Shown here in pieces: positions 1 to 11,822 of a stretch of DNA of 60,680 nucleotides; the first letter of the stretch is position 1, and every line of letters begins with the position of its first letter. The translations under genes were made by a program, and so were the position numbers. The notes under the pieces were generated by a model, which worked only from the letters and a program-made list of their open reading frames with translations, was not told the origin of the DNA and made no database searches. Origin of the DNA: Octopus bimaculoides (Eukaryota); assembly GCF_001194135.2 (NCBI RefSeq), contig NC_069002.1:36864807-36925486 (forward strand), given 5' to 3'.

Positions 1-30
<30 letters not shown>
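1..30 (+). repeat. poly(A) tract
   Basis: 30 consecutive A at the window start. Confidence 0.9.
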
Positions 31-32
<2 letters not shown>

Positions 33-429
33 AAGAAAACATGTATTCAAATTAAATTTTTTTTATTTGTAAGTTTTTTTGTTTAAATTTTATTTATTTT
101 TTCAATGCTTGATGACAAAGTCTAAAATATTTCTAATTTGATGACTAGAAACTGTTTTGATTTGATTTTTGTTAGAAGGAACTTAAATCTAAAGTCAGAT
201 TTGAATGATGAATGTTTACAGTTCAGCATAAATATAAAATACTTGTCTTCAGCTCTCACTGCCCAACTTTTCACTATCATCCTCATACATTTATTGCTCC
301 AGCATTACACAGCCGTCCTTTTTTATTATTTTTTTATTGAGAATTCTCGTTGTTATATTGAGGTAAGTTTCCTTTATCTCTCCTCAAATGTTTAATTATC
401 TAATCACCAAATAGCTAAAACCTATCTAT

Positions 430-830
430 TACCACTTGCAGTCCTGTTTTTAGGTCTTCATTGTAGAGATGAAGAGCTGTTCCTTACACTTTTGAAATCT
501 TATATATTTCTAACTTGCCTCTTCTAGACCAGCTACTTTTCTTAGTCTGTCTGACTGGTTTGATGTTCTACTTCAATATATTTTCTACATTGAGGAAATG
601 TACTTCATTATATTTCAGATAAAAAAAACTTCAACAGTAGGTGCTATCACTCATTTGTCACTATTGTAGATGTTTCATGGTTCAATAAAAATTTTAATCT
701 TAGCTAAAAATTTCCATTTCTTAGGGAAATGTGCAAGTGTTTTGGTGCACCCAATATGAATTTTCTTTTCTTCCCAATTACTTATTCAAATCCATTGAGG
801 CATTGCTAACAAACCCCTTCCTTCATACAC
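430..830 (-). mobile_element. Possible highly decayed CR1/L2-type LINE RT C-terminal relic
   Basis: Stop-riddled minus-strand translations only loosely recall CR1 RT C-terminal motifs. Confidence 0.25.
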
Positions 831-1376
831 TGACAAACCAAACCTATCTGATTATCATCACTTGTTATCCTCCTCCATTCTTTTCAAATCATTCACTTTG
901 CTGTTTTGTTATGTCCCATCGCCCTCCTCCAGACTTATTAATATTTTCTTGAGCTGAAAGACTCTCTTTCCCTGGAATGGCTACTCAGTATCACCCTGTC
1001 GTTTATCAACAATATCTACTTGGTTTTTAAGGGTAGGGGCAATTTATAGCGTAGACAACACAAGGAGGGACAATGGTTGTGCTTGGGAGTAACAACAGAT
1101 ATTCAGACTTAGATATAATGTTACATGTGTCTGAGGAGTGTGAGTTACAATAACAAGGGGCTGCTACTGGACATATTAACAAATAGGGGAACAAGAGTGA
1201 AGGAATTTACAAAATTCAAATGAAGAGGTCTATTTATACAATTAAATCTTAGCTTTGAAATATTTTTTATATCATTAATTATAATGGTGAATAATTCTAC
1301 CCAGCTACTGCACTTTGACAGACTGGGCATTAAATTATTCCAACTATGTCTATTTTGTGTATCTGCGTAAATATAT

Positions 1377-1490
1377 ATCGGGCACGTGCCATCAATAATT
1401 ACTCTGGGTAGGCAGCTGGTGACCTTTATGTAGTAAAACACACAAAAGATAAGCAAAACACAGGTGTACGACTGAGTTGGAGGCAGATTA
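1377..1490 (-). mobile_element. End of a TA-flanked MITE, homologous to 43281-43393
   Basis: The reverse complement (aatctgcctccaactcagtc...ttttactacataaaggtcaccagctgcctaccc...gatggcacgtgcccga) aligns by eye with 43281-43393 and ends at a (TA)n run. Confidence 0.6.
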
Positions 1491-1543
1491 GAAAATTACT
1501 ATTTGTAAATCTCACAACATGAGATATTCAGCAACAGTACTTT

Positions 1544-1958
1544 GGAGTAAAGGTTGTTTGCCAACATAACATGGCAGTCCTGGTTTAGGATGAATGTTGC
1601 TGTAATTTAGCCCCAGGAGACATCGTCTCCAACTGGCTATACGGCACGATCTGTGTCTTTATATTTTCAAACAAGGGAATCTAGCACCCCCACTCAGCTC
1701 AAAGCAATATCTGTGTATCGCGATTTCTGGGTTATTTCCCTTCATCAGCCAAACAATTATTTTGTGCTGATGAAGGGAAATAACACAGATATGGTTTTGA
1801 GCTAAGAAGGGGTGTTAGATTCCGTTGTTCGAAAATATAAGGACACAGATCATGTCGTATAGCCAGCTGGAGACAATGTCTCCTGGAGCTAAATTACAGC
1901 AACATCCGTCCTAAACCAGGACTACTGCCATGTTATGTTGGAAAATAATCTTTACTCC
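1544..1958. repeat. ~415-bp fold-back palindrome (two ~200-bp inverted arms, centre ~1755), probably Penelope-like-element derived
   Basis: Left arm ggagtaaagg...ccaacataacatggcagtcctggtttaggatg...gttatttcccttcatcagc is the reverse complement of right arm gctgatgaagggaaataac...cctaaaccaggactactgccatgttatgttgg...ctttactcc, with scattered substitutions and one ~16-bp deletion in the right arm. Confidence 0.9.
1711..1752 (-). ncRNA. Minimal type I hammerhead ribozyme motif (Penelope-like)
   Basis: The minus strand reads CUGAUGA-AGGG-AAAUAA-CCCA-GAAA-UCGCGA-UA^CACAG. Both conserved core boxes are present, with a GGG/CCC stem II, a palindromic stem III and an AUA cleavage triplet (cut between 1716 and 1715). 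The mirror copy on + supplies the UGUG that would pair with CACA in stem I. Confidence 0.6.
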
Positions 1959-1974
1959 TGCAGTTGTTTTACTA

Positions 1975-3400
1975 AAAAGGTGGAATCAGTAGTCCTCTCT
2001 GATACAAAAACCGAACATGTCATCTGACCAACTTCTGCTTCTAATTAGAACTCTTTCTCTTACTCTCATGACTAGTTCCAACAATCTGATACCTTTGTAA
2101 CTCTTAGGCATCTTCTCTACCCTTGTAACGCTGCTCTATCAATCATTGTGTATGACTCCTTCCTGCAAACCATGATTAACCATGTTAATTACATGGGTAA
2201 AAAAAGTAGGCCGTAACCTATTCTACTGGATATTTTATGCATTTTAGTTGTGGTTCCTGATGGACCGGAGGCTTTCCTGACTCTCATATCTGTCATACTG
2301 CTATCAACAAGGATAGCTGCTCCCTCTGTTGGCTCCATGTTTAATAACTTTTCATAGTAGTATTTCCATGTCACTTGCTTTTTAGAATCACCTAAGAGCA
2401 AGTGTACCGTTTTCCTTCTGCACACACACACTCCTTACCTTCAGCATTTTGATTTTTCTCTGATACACTCTCTTCCAATCTGGACCACCTCACAATTGTG
2501 AGTCTCCCTCTGAAGAACATTGGCAACTCTACTTTCTGCTTCTCCCTTTGCTGTATACATCTTTCCCCTGGCTTCTCTTCTGGCTCCTCTGATGTAAGTC
2601 TGCTGCCTCTGTTTTCCCAGTCTTTCCAGGCCACTCTTTTCACTTTTATTCTCTCTGTCTACCTCACTGTTTTCTCACCACATCACCCTTGAACTGGCCA
2701 GTGTTTTGCACCAGTCACAGATTTAGTCTGTAGCTCTCAGTAGATTGTTCCACAGGAACTTTCAGTTATCCTCTCTGCTATAAATCCTCCCTTTTTTGGC
2801 AGATGCTTTAACTTAATTTTCTGACTGTTTGCTGGGTCTTTTGAGCTTCCATATCTTTCTTTGCTACACTAGTTCGTTTCTCTGTGTCCTTCTAGCTCTA
2901 AGTCTAAAGTCACTAACCTATGTTCAGTTACCTGAGAAAAACTTTGCATTTACAAGCATGTCTATCCTGATTTCTGGTGAGAGTATAATAAATCAGGCTT
3001 GTATGTCCACTAAATTGATAGGTGATCAGATGGCTGGCTGGCTGGTTTCCTGAAGTTTGCATTGTAGATAATCAAGTCATTTGCATCACACAACTCTGGC
3101 AGCTTTGTTCCCTCATTTCTAGTGCCAAAGCTATAATCTCCATGCACCCCCCTGGACTTCATGTCCATTGAAGTTACCAGCTTTAATAACGAAATCACTG
3201 CCATTCGTCAACAAGGTAACCTGTAAAAGAGTCTCCTAAAATTGGTCTTTCTGTTCATCTGCCAGCATAGGCAGAAGTAAGTGTAACTGTTAATTTATCC
3301 AATACTAATCTTAACTACCCTATCGCACACTCTCACTACCTCGGTTACTTAGTTTTCTAACAAAAATAGGCCTACACCTCCCACACCATCACTACTGTCT
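1975..3400 (-). mobile_element. Decayed RTE-X-like LINE ORF2 fragment (APE endonuclease to RT N-terminus)
   Basis: Frameshifted motifs: GVHGDYSFGTRNEGTKLPELCDANDLIIYNANFRKP (endonuclease), WKYYYEKLLN...KASGPSGTTTKMHKI, then ...YKGIRLLELVMRV... and ...FVSERTTDSTF (decayed QFGF..GRGTTDAIF). Confidence 0.75.
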
Positions 3401-3836
3401 ACCCAAAAGAATTCGTATTTTGCCCATGCGGAATTTAGCTGAGGATCCCCTCTATTATGCCTTTATCACTCTGCACACATTTATATGCCTTAGCTCAAGG
3501 GTTTCACTAATCTCACGAGTCCTAACTTTAATTGTGCCAACATGTTGTGGACTTGGAACAAAGAGTAGAAAGGCTGTCAGAGTACTATTGTTAGTGCCTA
3601 AAAAAGACCGTTTGTGTGAAGACTCGTTAGCTTGGAGAGGGCTCTTGTACGTGACTAATTGATTTAATCAAGCATATACTGTTCAATGAATTAAACATTT
3701 CCTTGTTCCTGCAAACCATTTGGATCAAGTGCCAGCAAGGAAAAGAGTGCAACGTTTAACAGGTTATTCAGAAAAGAGGAAGAGGATATAATGCAAAAAT
3801 TCATTGGTGTATTTGTATAAAATGTGTTTATATAAT

Positions 3837-4792
3837 CAGGGTGTCTCATAAAAATGCATACATACATTGAAATTTTATATGAATGCTTGTTTTCAAACTG
3901 ATGATTCTTGTCCAAACACTGCTGATAATACAAAGCAATGGAATCGCAAACACCAAGAAACCTGCCGTATTTGTGCATATTTTCATTCAATAACTGCTCT
4001 CGATTCAGTGACTTGCTGGTTTTGTACTATATACTTTGTTTTAAGTAACCCTGTTATAAAAAAAAGACTAATGGTGTGATGTCTGGTGAAGGCAGAGGGT
4101 ATTCCACCTAAACTCTTTGTCAGACCTACCAGTTTAGCAAATCTCATCAAAGTAAACCCTATGGTAGTGTAAGGGTGCCCTATATTGCTGAAAATAAACT
4201 CCACATCTTCAAAGTCCACATGGATACTTGGCGTAACAGATTGTTGTAGTAAGTTCAAGTAAATGGTGCCAGTCAGAATACCATCAATAAAGAATTGTAC
4301 ACTTAATCCTTATGTTGATAAGCCATCCCATATTGAAACTCTCCATGAATTAACATGATATTTCTCTGTAATATGCAGATTTTCCAATAACAGTACACGA
4401 AAATGTGAGAGATGCTTCATTTGAAATTTCTAGGCTCACAACTCTCCAGATTTCCTTGAATTAGCAATGTGTTTCTTGTATCCTTTCTTGTTTCTGAGAC
4501 TCATTGATGCCCATGGTCTTCCAGAACATTTCTTGTGGACATTCTCAACAATTTCATCTGCTTCAAACTTATCTCTAATGTAAGTAATGGTAAGTCACGC
4601 AGATGGATCTGTTTCAACACTCCTCAAATTTTTCACATTGTTTTCAAATTTCCAGTAGCATTTTAGGATGTTTCCTTTGTTTAAAGAATAGCCTGGTTCC
4701 CTTCATTTATTTGTAATGGGTTAAAGCTTAAAAAAACAATGAAAATGAGTTATCAGGTGTTAAAGAATACACATTTGTGAGAGCACACCCTG
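3837..4792 (-). mobile_element. Decayed Tc1/mariner (maT/DD37D-like) DNA transposon with imperfect TIRs
   Basis: Frameshifted transposase pieces [29 protein letters not shown] / [11 protein letters not shown] / NKVYSTKP / VCDSIALYYQQCLDKNHQFE. The termini are cagggtgtctcataaaaatgcata (3837) and tacacatttgtgagagcacaccctg (ending 4792). Confidence 0.7.
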
Positions 4793-4989
4793 GGCCTGTA
4801 TTTCTGTATATTTGTCGTTGTCATACAAGCTATGTAATTTATTTTCAGTATTCTACAAATATATGTCTGTCTATGAGAAAATATTAATTTTACTTGGAAG
4901 AAAGTACAGATTGACATGAGGAAAGGCATTCAGCTGGAGAAAATCTGCCTTGAACTTCATTTGACATTGTTTGAGGCAGATCCGTCAAT

Positions 4990-5418
4990 GTTTCCTAACC
5001 TAGGATGTGTGTTGGCTTCATCACTTTGAACCAGAAACAAAGAGGCAATCCATGCAGGGGAAACACTCCTGCTCTGAAGAAGTCAAGGTCGTTTCATCTG
5101 CAGGGCAAGGTGATGGCCTCAGCTTTTTGGAATGCAAAAAGTAGTGTGTTTATTCTTCAAAATGATCACACCATCAATGGAAAGTTCAATGCCAACTTGG
5201 TGAGGCAGTCATGAACGGCTATCAAGACCAAACACCCAGAAAAACTGATGAATGGGGTCTTGTTTCATTAGGACAATGCTTCAGCACACAAGTCCTTGCT
5301 TTCAATGGCTGCTGTGCTTGACTGGCTTTGAACTGGTTGATCACCCCTCCCTATGTTAGTGATTTGGTTCCATCTGAATATTGTCTGTTTCCAAACATGA
5401 AGAAACATTTGGCTGGGC
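4990..5418 (+). mobile_element. mariner (DD34D) transposase relic
   Basis: GKVMASAFWNAK...HTINGKFNANLVRQ, AIKTKHPEKLMNGVLFH*DNASAH, LVDHP...LFPNMKKHLAG: decayed WVPHEL/YSPDL-family catalytic domain. Confidence 0.8.
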
Positions 5419-5768
5419 AAGTTTTATTATACCTGCATTTGTATTAATATTAACATTTAAAAAATCCACTTTTTCATAAAAAAAAAAAAAAACTTTGTAC
5501 CTCAGTTTGCACCCACTGAGCAAATTTTGTTTCCAGTCCACTGCACATGTGTGTGAAAAGAAAGAGAGATGTTAGGCATCTCTGTGGATGTGGTGCAGAA
5601 TCCATATTAATTACAGATATAGCCTTAACTCCAAATATTGACTAAGTTTACTTTGAGAACAAAGTGGCAGAGTCACATTTTCTGGGGTAAATTAATGGCA
5701 ATGAACTGGTTTCCAGTTCCACGAGTCCCAGACGTTTTATAAAGACTTTAATGTATTTCCTTAATCAT

Positions 5769-5836
<68 letters not shown>

Positions 5837-7920
5837 GAGCTTGCATATGTGCACGCACGCACACACACACACTCTTTGCTGTATTCGCTTATGCATAGTT
5901 CAGAGGGTGATAGGAAGGGAACACGGACAAAGCAGCAGGAGATAGAGATAGAACATGAGGAGGAAAATCAAGCAAACAGAGAGGAGGAGAGAGAAGAGAA
6001 GTGAGGGATGATAAAGATGAGGTGATGGAAAGGGGATAAAAATAAAAACAAGAGGGACATGAAAGAAAGAGCTGATATGTAAAACCTATTAAAATAAAGA
6101 GGATCTAAAAACAAAATAAAACAAAACCAAGTGTTTAGGGTAGAGATGCAAAGTTATAAATAGAACACGTGGAAAGCGAGTAAATGAATTGCCAAATGTT
6201 ATCTATGGAAGATCAAAGGGAAAATAAAGTAATAATTACATTAGTGTTTAGTATCGAATGTTCTGCTGGTTGAATTGGTAATCGATATTTTATAGGTTAA
6301 TAAATAATATAGCTGTAGCAATTGGTTGTGGTGGTCATGGTGGAGATGGTGGACAACTAGAAATATTAGAGTGTTGGACAAAATATTCATGCTCCTTAAA
6401 GTTCTGAGTTCAAATTCTATCAAATGTAAACTTTGTTATTCATCCCTCTAAGGTAGATAAAATAAAGCATCGAATACTGAAGTTGATTTACATTCCTTTA
6501 GATATGAACATAATTATAGCAGATGACTTATTGGTTGCATGGTCGAATGGCTGGATGGTTATTTGGTTGGTTGATTGGTGAGATGGTTGTTTAGTTGCAT
6601 AGGCATGGTTTTGTGGTGAAAAGTTTGCTTTCCAGCCACTTGATTCAAGGTTCAATCTCACTGCATGGCAAGTGTCTTCTATAGCCACAGACTGATTAAG
6701 GTCTTGTAAGTGAATATAGCAGATGGAAAATGAGAGAAGCCCATCAGACATATATTGGCTCATCCTAAAGACCTCTCTTCCAAAATTCACTTGTCCATGA
6801 TGAAAAATATTGTTCTAACCTCATCTACAGAATTCATATTTTTTCCATCTGAATGATTTTGAAGACTGTGGAATAAATGATAATCAGATGGGGTAATGTC
6901 CGGCAAATGTGGTGGGTGGGGCATCGTTTCTCATTCAAACTGTTCCAGCCTTTGGAATGGGAATGTCATCCTCGCTGAACGTGGCCAAGCATTACCCTGA
7001 TGGAAGAATACCTTTCGTCTTGAAACCAAAGATGGTCATTTTTCTTCTAGCACGATGCCAAATATTGTTGATTTTCTGTGGTTAGAAGGCACATGAATAA
7101 AGTTGTTCTTACCTTGACTTGCAGCCAGTACCCAATTGCAGATTGTTTAATTCTTAACACGTCACAATTTCTCTATTGCCACGTCCAGCCTCCCTGGCAG
7201 ACAGCATGGCAAAGGAGGAAACTTTTGTTCTCACTCGTCAACGTGATGTCATCTCTCCCCACTTCCGGTCTTCCTTCCACCACACGCACCCCTAATCCAA
7301 AGACCACTGCTCCCCCCTACTGTGTCTTGTAATCGTTCGTCCACCTAGGGTGGGGTGGGGGCGACATTTCCTTTGAGATCTCCGTAAATGTCAAACAATT
7401 TCGCTGTGTATCTACGACTTAGTAGCTGACGACCACTCTAAAGTAGTGTGGTGTTTCAAATAACCATTATTGATATAACTTCATCAGAACATAGTCGTTT
7501 CGGTTTCACTACAAGGCAAAAGTTCCAATCTAAAAAGAAGTAACTCTGAAAAATTTTATATGAGTTAACTCCCTTGAAAAAATATTTTTCATTACTAGGA
7601 ATACATCTTAGAAATTCTTGTTAGTTTATCAAACATATTTTAATTCAAGAAGCCGCGATTACATTCTAAAGTATATTCTATCTTAACATACTGAACAATA
7701 TCCAGTTTTATGTGTTTCATACTTTCCTTCATAACGAGTGCTGAAGAAGTCGACAATAAATGCCAAACTGACCTGGTAAGCTGCTAGCTTCCGATTAGAG
7801 ATTTAGTCTATTTTGTCAGGGATTAAATTAACAAGTGTATTATTATTCAATTATCCACTGCTGCCTTCATTTCTATTTCATTCAAATACACATTACATAA
7901 GCCATACATTCTAAGTGCCC

Positions 7921-8100
7921 TAGCAGTTGAGGGAAACCGTGGAAGAAGTCGACCCAGGAAGACCTGGGATGAGGTGGTGAAACACGACCTTCGAACATTA
8001 GGCCTCACCGAGGCAATGACTAGTGACCGAGACCTTTGGAAATATACTGTGCGTGAGAAGACCCGGCAGGCGAAGTGAGACCATAACCAAATGAGGTGGT
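7921..8100 (+). mobile_element. RTE-X-like LINE 3' end
   Basis: AVEGNRGRSRPRKTWDEVVKHDLRTLGLTEAMTSDRDLWKYTVREKTRQAK* is the typical C-terminus of RTE-clade ORF2. Confidence 0.75.
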
Positions 8101-8112
8101 TTTATTTTTATA

Positions 8113-8445
8113 GGTGCAGGAGTGGCTGTGGTAAGTAGCTTGATTACCAACCACATGGTTCTGGGTTCAGTTCCACTGCATGGCACCTTAGGTAAGTGTT
8201 TTCTACTATAGTCTCGGGCCGACCAAAGCCTTGTCAGTGGATTTGGTAGACAGAAACTGAAAGAAGCCCGTGTATATACATATATATATATATATATATG
8301 TTTGTGTGTCTGTATTTATATCCCAAACCTCGTTGGTGTGTTCACGTCTCTGTAACCTAGCTGTTCGGCAAGAGACCGATAGAACAAGTACTAGGCTTAC
8401 AAAGAATAAGTCCTGGGGTCAAATGACTGAAACAAGTAAAAGAAT
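8113..8445 (+). mobile_element. tRNA-derived SINE (octopus type with internal (TA)n/(TG)n)
   Basis: The head ggtgcaggagtggctgtggtaag...ggttctgggttcagttccactgc has A/B-box-like motifs; the tail is ...aaatgactgaaacaagtaaaaga. Related copies lie at 22470, 46770 and 55930. Confidence 0.8.
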
Positions 8446-9477
8446 GTGTGTGTGTGTGTGCGTGTTTCCCACCACCGCTAGACAACTGGCGTTGGTATGT
8501 TTACGCTCCCGTAGCTTCGCAGTTCGGCAAAAGATACCAATAGAATAAGCATGCAGCAAACAGCTACCAAATTTCTGAACTAGGATTCGAAACCGAATCC
8601 ACATTTTTACACAGATCATTGGCCTAGTGTTTTTTTTTTCTTGTTGCACTAGGAAATTCAAGAGAGTAGACTGACCTCTTTGACCTTTTCGTGTCATTCA
8701 TGGGTCTGAGCTGATTTGAGAGGAAAAATCCTTTATTTTTGCTTTGACCTAATTCAGTTACGAATAATACAAGAACGCATCAGCAAATACGTTCCTTCTC
8801 CTTAGTTCCAGCTTCTGACCAGAAAGCATCTCTCTTTCTTCCTCTTCTCGTAGGACAATACCCTGCTTATATTTTCTTCTTGACAAAACATCTATTACCC
8901 TGCCTCACAGTTTACAATTTAATATACACAGCTGACCCTACACACAATGGACTATAGAACTAAAGCCAGTTTGTTTACAGTAACAACAGACAAGCTGTGT
9001 ACACACAAACTATTGGAGACGTTGTTTATCTCTATTGTAACGACTTATATATAATAATTATATAAATAAATGGCCAATTAATTTCACCAATTAATTTGTC
9101 TTTTTTCAATCATTTATACGCTGCATCGATACACGTTGATTTTTATACTCGGTGAACCTCCTATTCACGAACTACATGCCTTCTCAACCAAATGTTGCTA
9201 AATCGGATCTTGTATATATTGGTTACAAGCAACAGGCTTAAAAATAGAATTGAAGGGCAAGGGTCAATTCATTCGACTAACGTTCTTCAAGGCAATGCTC
9301 CAGCATGGGATACAGTCTAATGACTGAAACAAATAAAAGATAATATATATTTTTCCTATATTTCTACTCGTGCAGAATAAAATAACTTTGTTTTATATAC
9401 ATAGAGAGAGAGAGGTAGTAAGGTAGATGGATAAACACAGGCTTAAGACATGAAACACAAAATACCGATTATAAATT

Positions 9478-9835
9478 GTGTTGTTGTTGGCACTCCGTCG
9501 CTTACGACGTCGAGGGTTCCAGTTGATCCGATCAACGGAACAGCCTGCTCGTGAAATTAACGTGCAAAGTGGCTGAGCACTCCACAGACACGTGTACCCT
9601 TAACGTAGTTCTCGGGGATACTCAGCGTGACACAGAGTGTTACAAGGTTGACCCTTAGAATTACAGGCACAACAGAAACAGGAAGTAAGAGTGAGAGAAA
9701 GTTGTGGTGAAAGAGTACAGCAGGGTTGGCCACCATCCCCTGCCGGAGCCTCGTGGAGCTTTAGGTGTTTTCGCTCAATAAACACTCACAACGCCCTGTC
9801 TGGGAATCGAAACCGCGAGTCCGCTGCCCTAACCA
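9478..9835 (-). mobile_element. tRNA-derived SINE, second family, with (CAA)n tail
   Basis: The minus strand starts ggttagggcagcggactcgcggtttcgattcccagacagggcgttg (tRNA-like boxes) and ends ...cgacggagtgccaacaacaac. CpG-rich, so probably a young copy. Confidence 0.75.
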
Positions 9836-10089
9836 TAAGTAATGGTTACTTAAATAATTTCACTGGCTACACACCTATGACGTCATGCACATATCACCGT
9901 CTTTTCCCGCACGCTGGTTCTGCTTGTGTTCCTCTAAAGCGCTGAGACCTGGACCGTCCTCAAACTAGACCCGAATAAGCTAGAGATGTTGCAAATGCGG
10001 TGTCCTTGTCAAATCCTTTTTGTCTTTCTACGCGACCGAATCTTAAACACCCGAGAACAATGCCAGCAGCAGCTGACCACTAAAGATAA

Positions 10090-10415
10090 AGTCCGGCACT
10101 GCAGGCTACAGTGGTTTGACCATGTCTGCAAGATGAGCACTGGAACACTACCACACCACCTTTTGCGGTGGCAGCGACCCTCGTACTGGAGAATCCAGCG
10201 CACCGCACCGAACCAAAGAAGACATGAGGGAAACAAATTGAAAAATACCTCAAGTTGCAGCGCCTCGACCTCGAGTATGGTAAGGCCAGCGCCATGGATC
10301 GAAAAGCGTGGAATAACATCATCGCCAGAGTCCATCATCCAGCGGCACCCACAACAGGATGTTGGTGGAGAGGACAGCCTTCCCCTCCGGTCGCCAGCTA
10401 GGGATTAAAGAAGAA
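10090..10415 (+). mobile_element. RTE LINE 3' end
   Basis: VRHCRLQWFDHVCKM...LPHHLLRW, ...AMDRKAWNNII, 3' tail gggattaaagaagaag. The same tail occurs at 42480-42660. Confidence 0.7.
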
Positions 10416-10714
10416 GATCTGTGAAAACAGTTATTACATAAGTTTGGCCTCTTGGAACAGCTGTTGAGGTAAGACATTACAAAATATTTTTCATTATCTT
10501 TTTTCTGTATTTTGTGCTTCAGGTAAATATATGCCTTAAACCTAATGGTGTATATCAACCTTACCACATCCAATAGCTAGATTAGGATTGCTCCGAAGCT
10601 CATTTTTTCTGCTGTGGACCCGGCCTTAGAAGAGGAAGTTCGAATTTAAGTTTATATCCATTTGAGCACTACTCTGTTATCTATACTGAACTTATTTTCT
10701 TCTCACTCACACAC

Positions 10715-10755
<41 letters not shown>

Positions 10756-11822
10756 GTATGTATGTAGATGTGTATACACGCGCACACACGCCAATTAAGT
10801 ATTTTAATATAGAAAAAAAACAAAATCATACACCCTTCAGGCGGTATTAAATCTAAACAAAATATTTAAGAAAATATTAAAGAAACAATAACAATAATTC
10901 TTTCTATGATAGGAACAAGGCCTGAAATTTATTGGAGGAGGGTTATGGTCAATTGTATCGATCTCACTGTTCAGCTGGTACTGAATTTATCGACTGCGAT
11001 AGGATGAGAGACAATGTCGGCAGCGATAGTGTTTTTTCGTGCGTGTATGGTCTTCCATAATATTTGCTGTTGACTGAGCCTCGTTTTCGATGTCTTGTTT
11101 ACGTCACAAATGTTTTGGTTTTCCCTGAAAAGGCAACGAAGTCGCTTCCGACGCCAGAAGACCTTCTGTCTGGTCTTTTAATGTTCGACCGAAGCCAGAA
11201 GGGCGGATCCAGAGCTGGTTTCCAGAGTCTACCATTATTCAACATCTCGACAGACGAATCAGGAATAAGAAAAAACAGGAAAACACTGTGTGTTAAAATG
11301 CAGACTCTGCTAAACACCAAGAAACAATAAGGCGACCAGAGACACAAAAAATGTCAGGAAAATAAGTGGAGGAGACTTCGACCATTCTGTTTCTTTTACT
11401 ACATATTTATTTCTGCTTATCCATTTCGCTTGCATCATTTTCTCTTTCACCCCCCACTCCTTGGTAAATTCTATCTAATTTACTTAGCAATCTTTTAATT
11501 ACATATTTGCATACACCCAACCCAATCCTCTTTGCTTGTCTGATTCCTCCTGTCTTCTGACAATATAAGATACATCTATATACATACATACATCTCCGAC
11601 TCTGTCCAGTATATTTCTTTGTCTATACATATAGACATACACATATATTCACACCTCTGCGTTTCTGATTCTCTATATATATATATATATATACATACGC
11701 ACACACACACACACACACTCACATACCTCTCCTAACTCCCTGTTTCTTCTCTCTTGTACATTGACCTCCTCGGTCTTGTTCTTTTCTTCTTCTCCTCTGG
11801 CTTGCATATTCTACCTACGGCA

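Noticed and set aside
138-395. 85-aa ORF with a GAG|GTAAGT donor-like site at 362
   Set aside because: There is no recognisable protein, no partner exon in the window, and the start is TTG.
6840-7400. Possible LINE ORF1 relic on the minus strand (also 49700-50240)
   Set aside because: The sequence looks coding-like but no motif could be identified with confidence.
7450-7510. CTGATGAAG and CCGAAAC on the minus strand, suggesting another hammerhead
   Set aside because: The boxes are in an order and spacing that leaves no room for stems I and III, and the alternative stem II does not pair.
11754-11822. 23-aa hydrophobic N-terminal extension of YPEL5 in the ORF track
   Set aside because: It starts at TTG, is encoded by a pyrimidine tract, and homology begins at the ATG at 11823.
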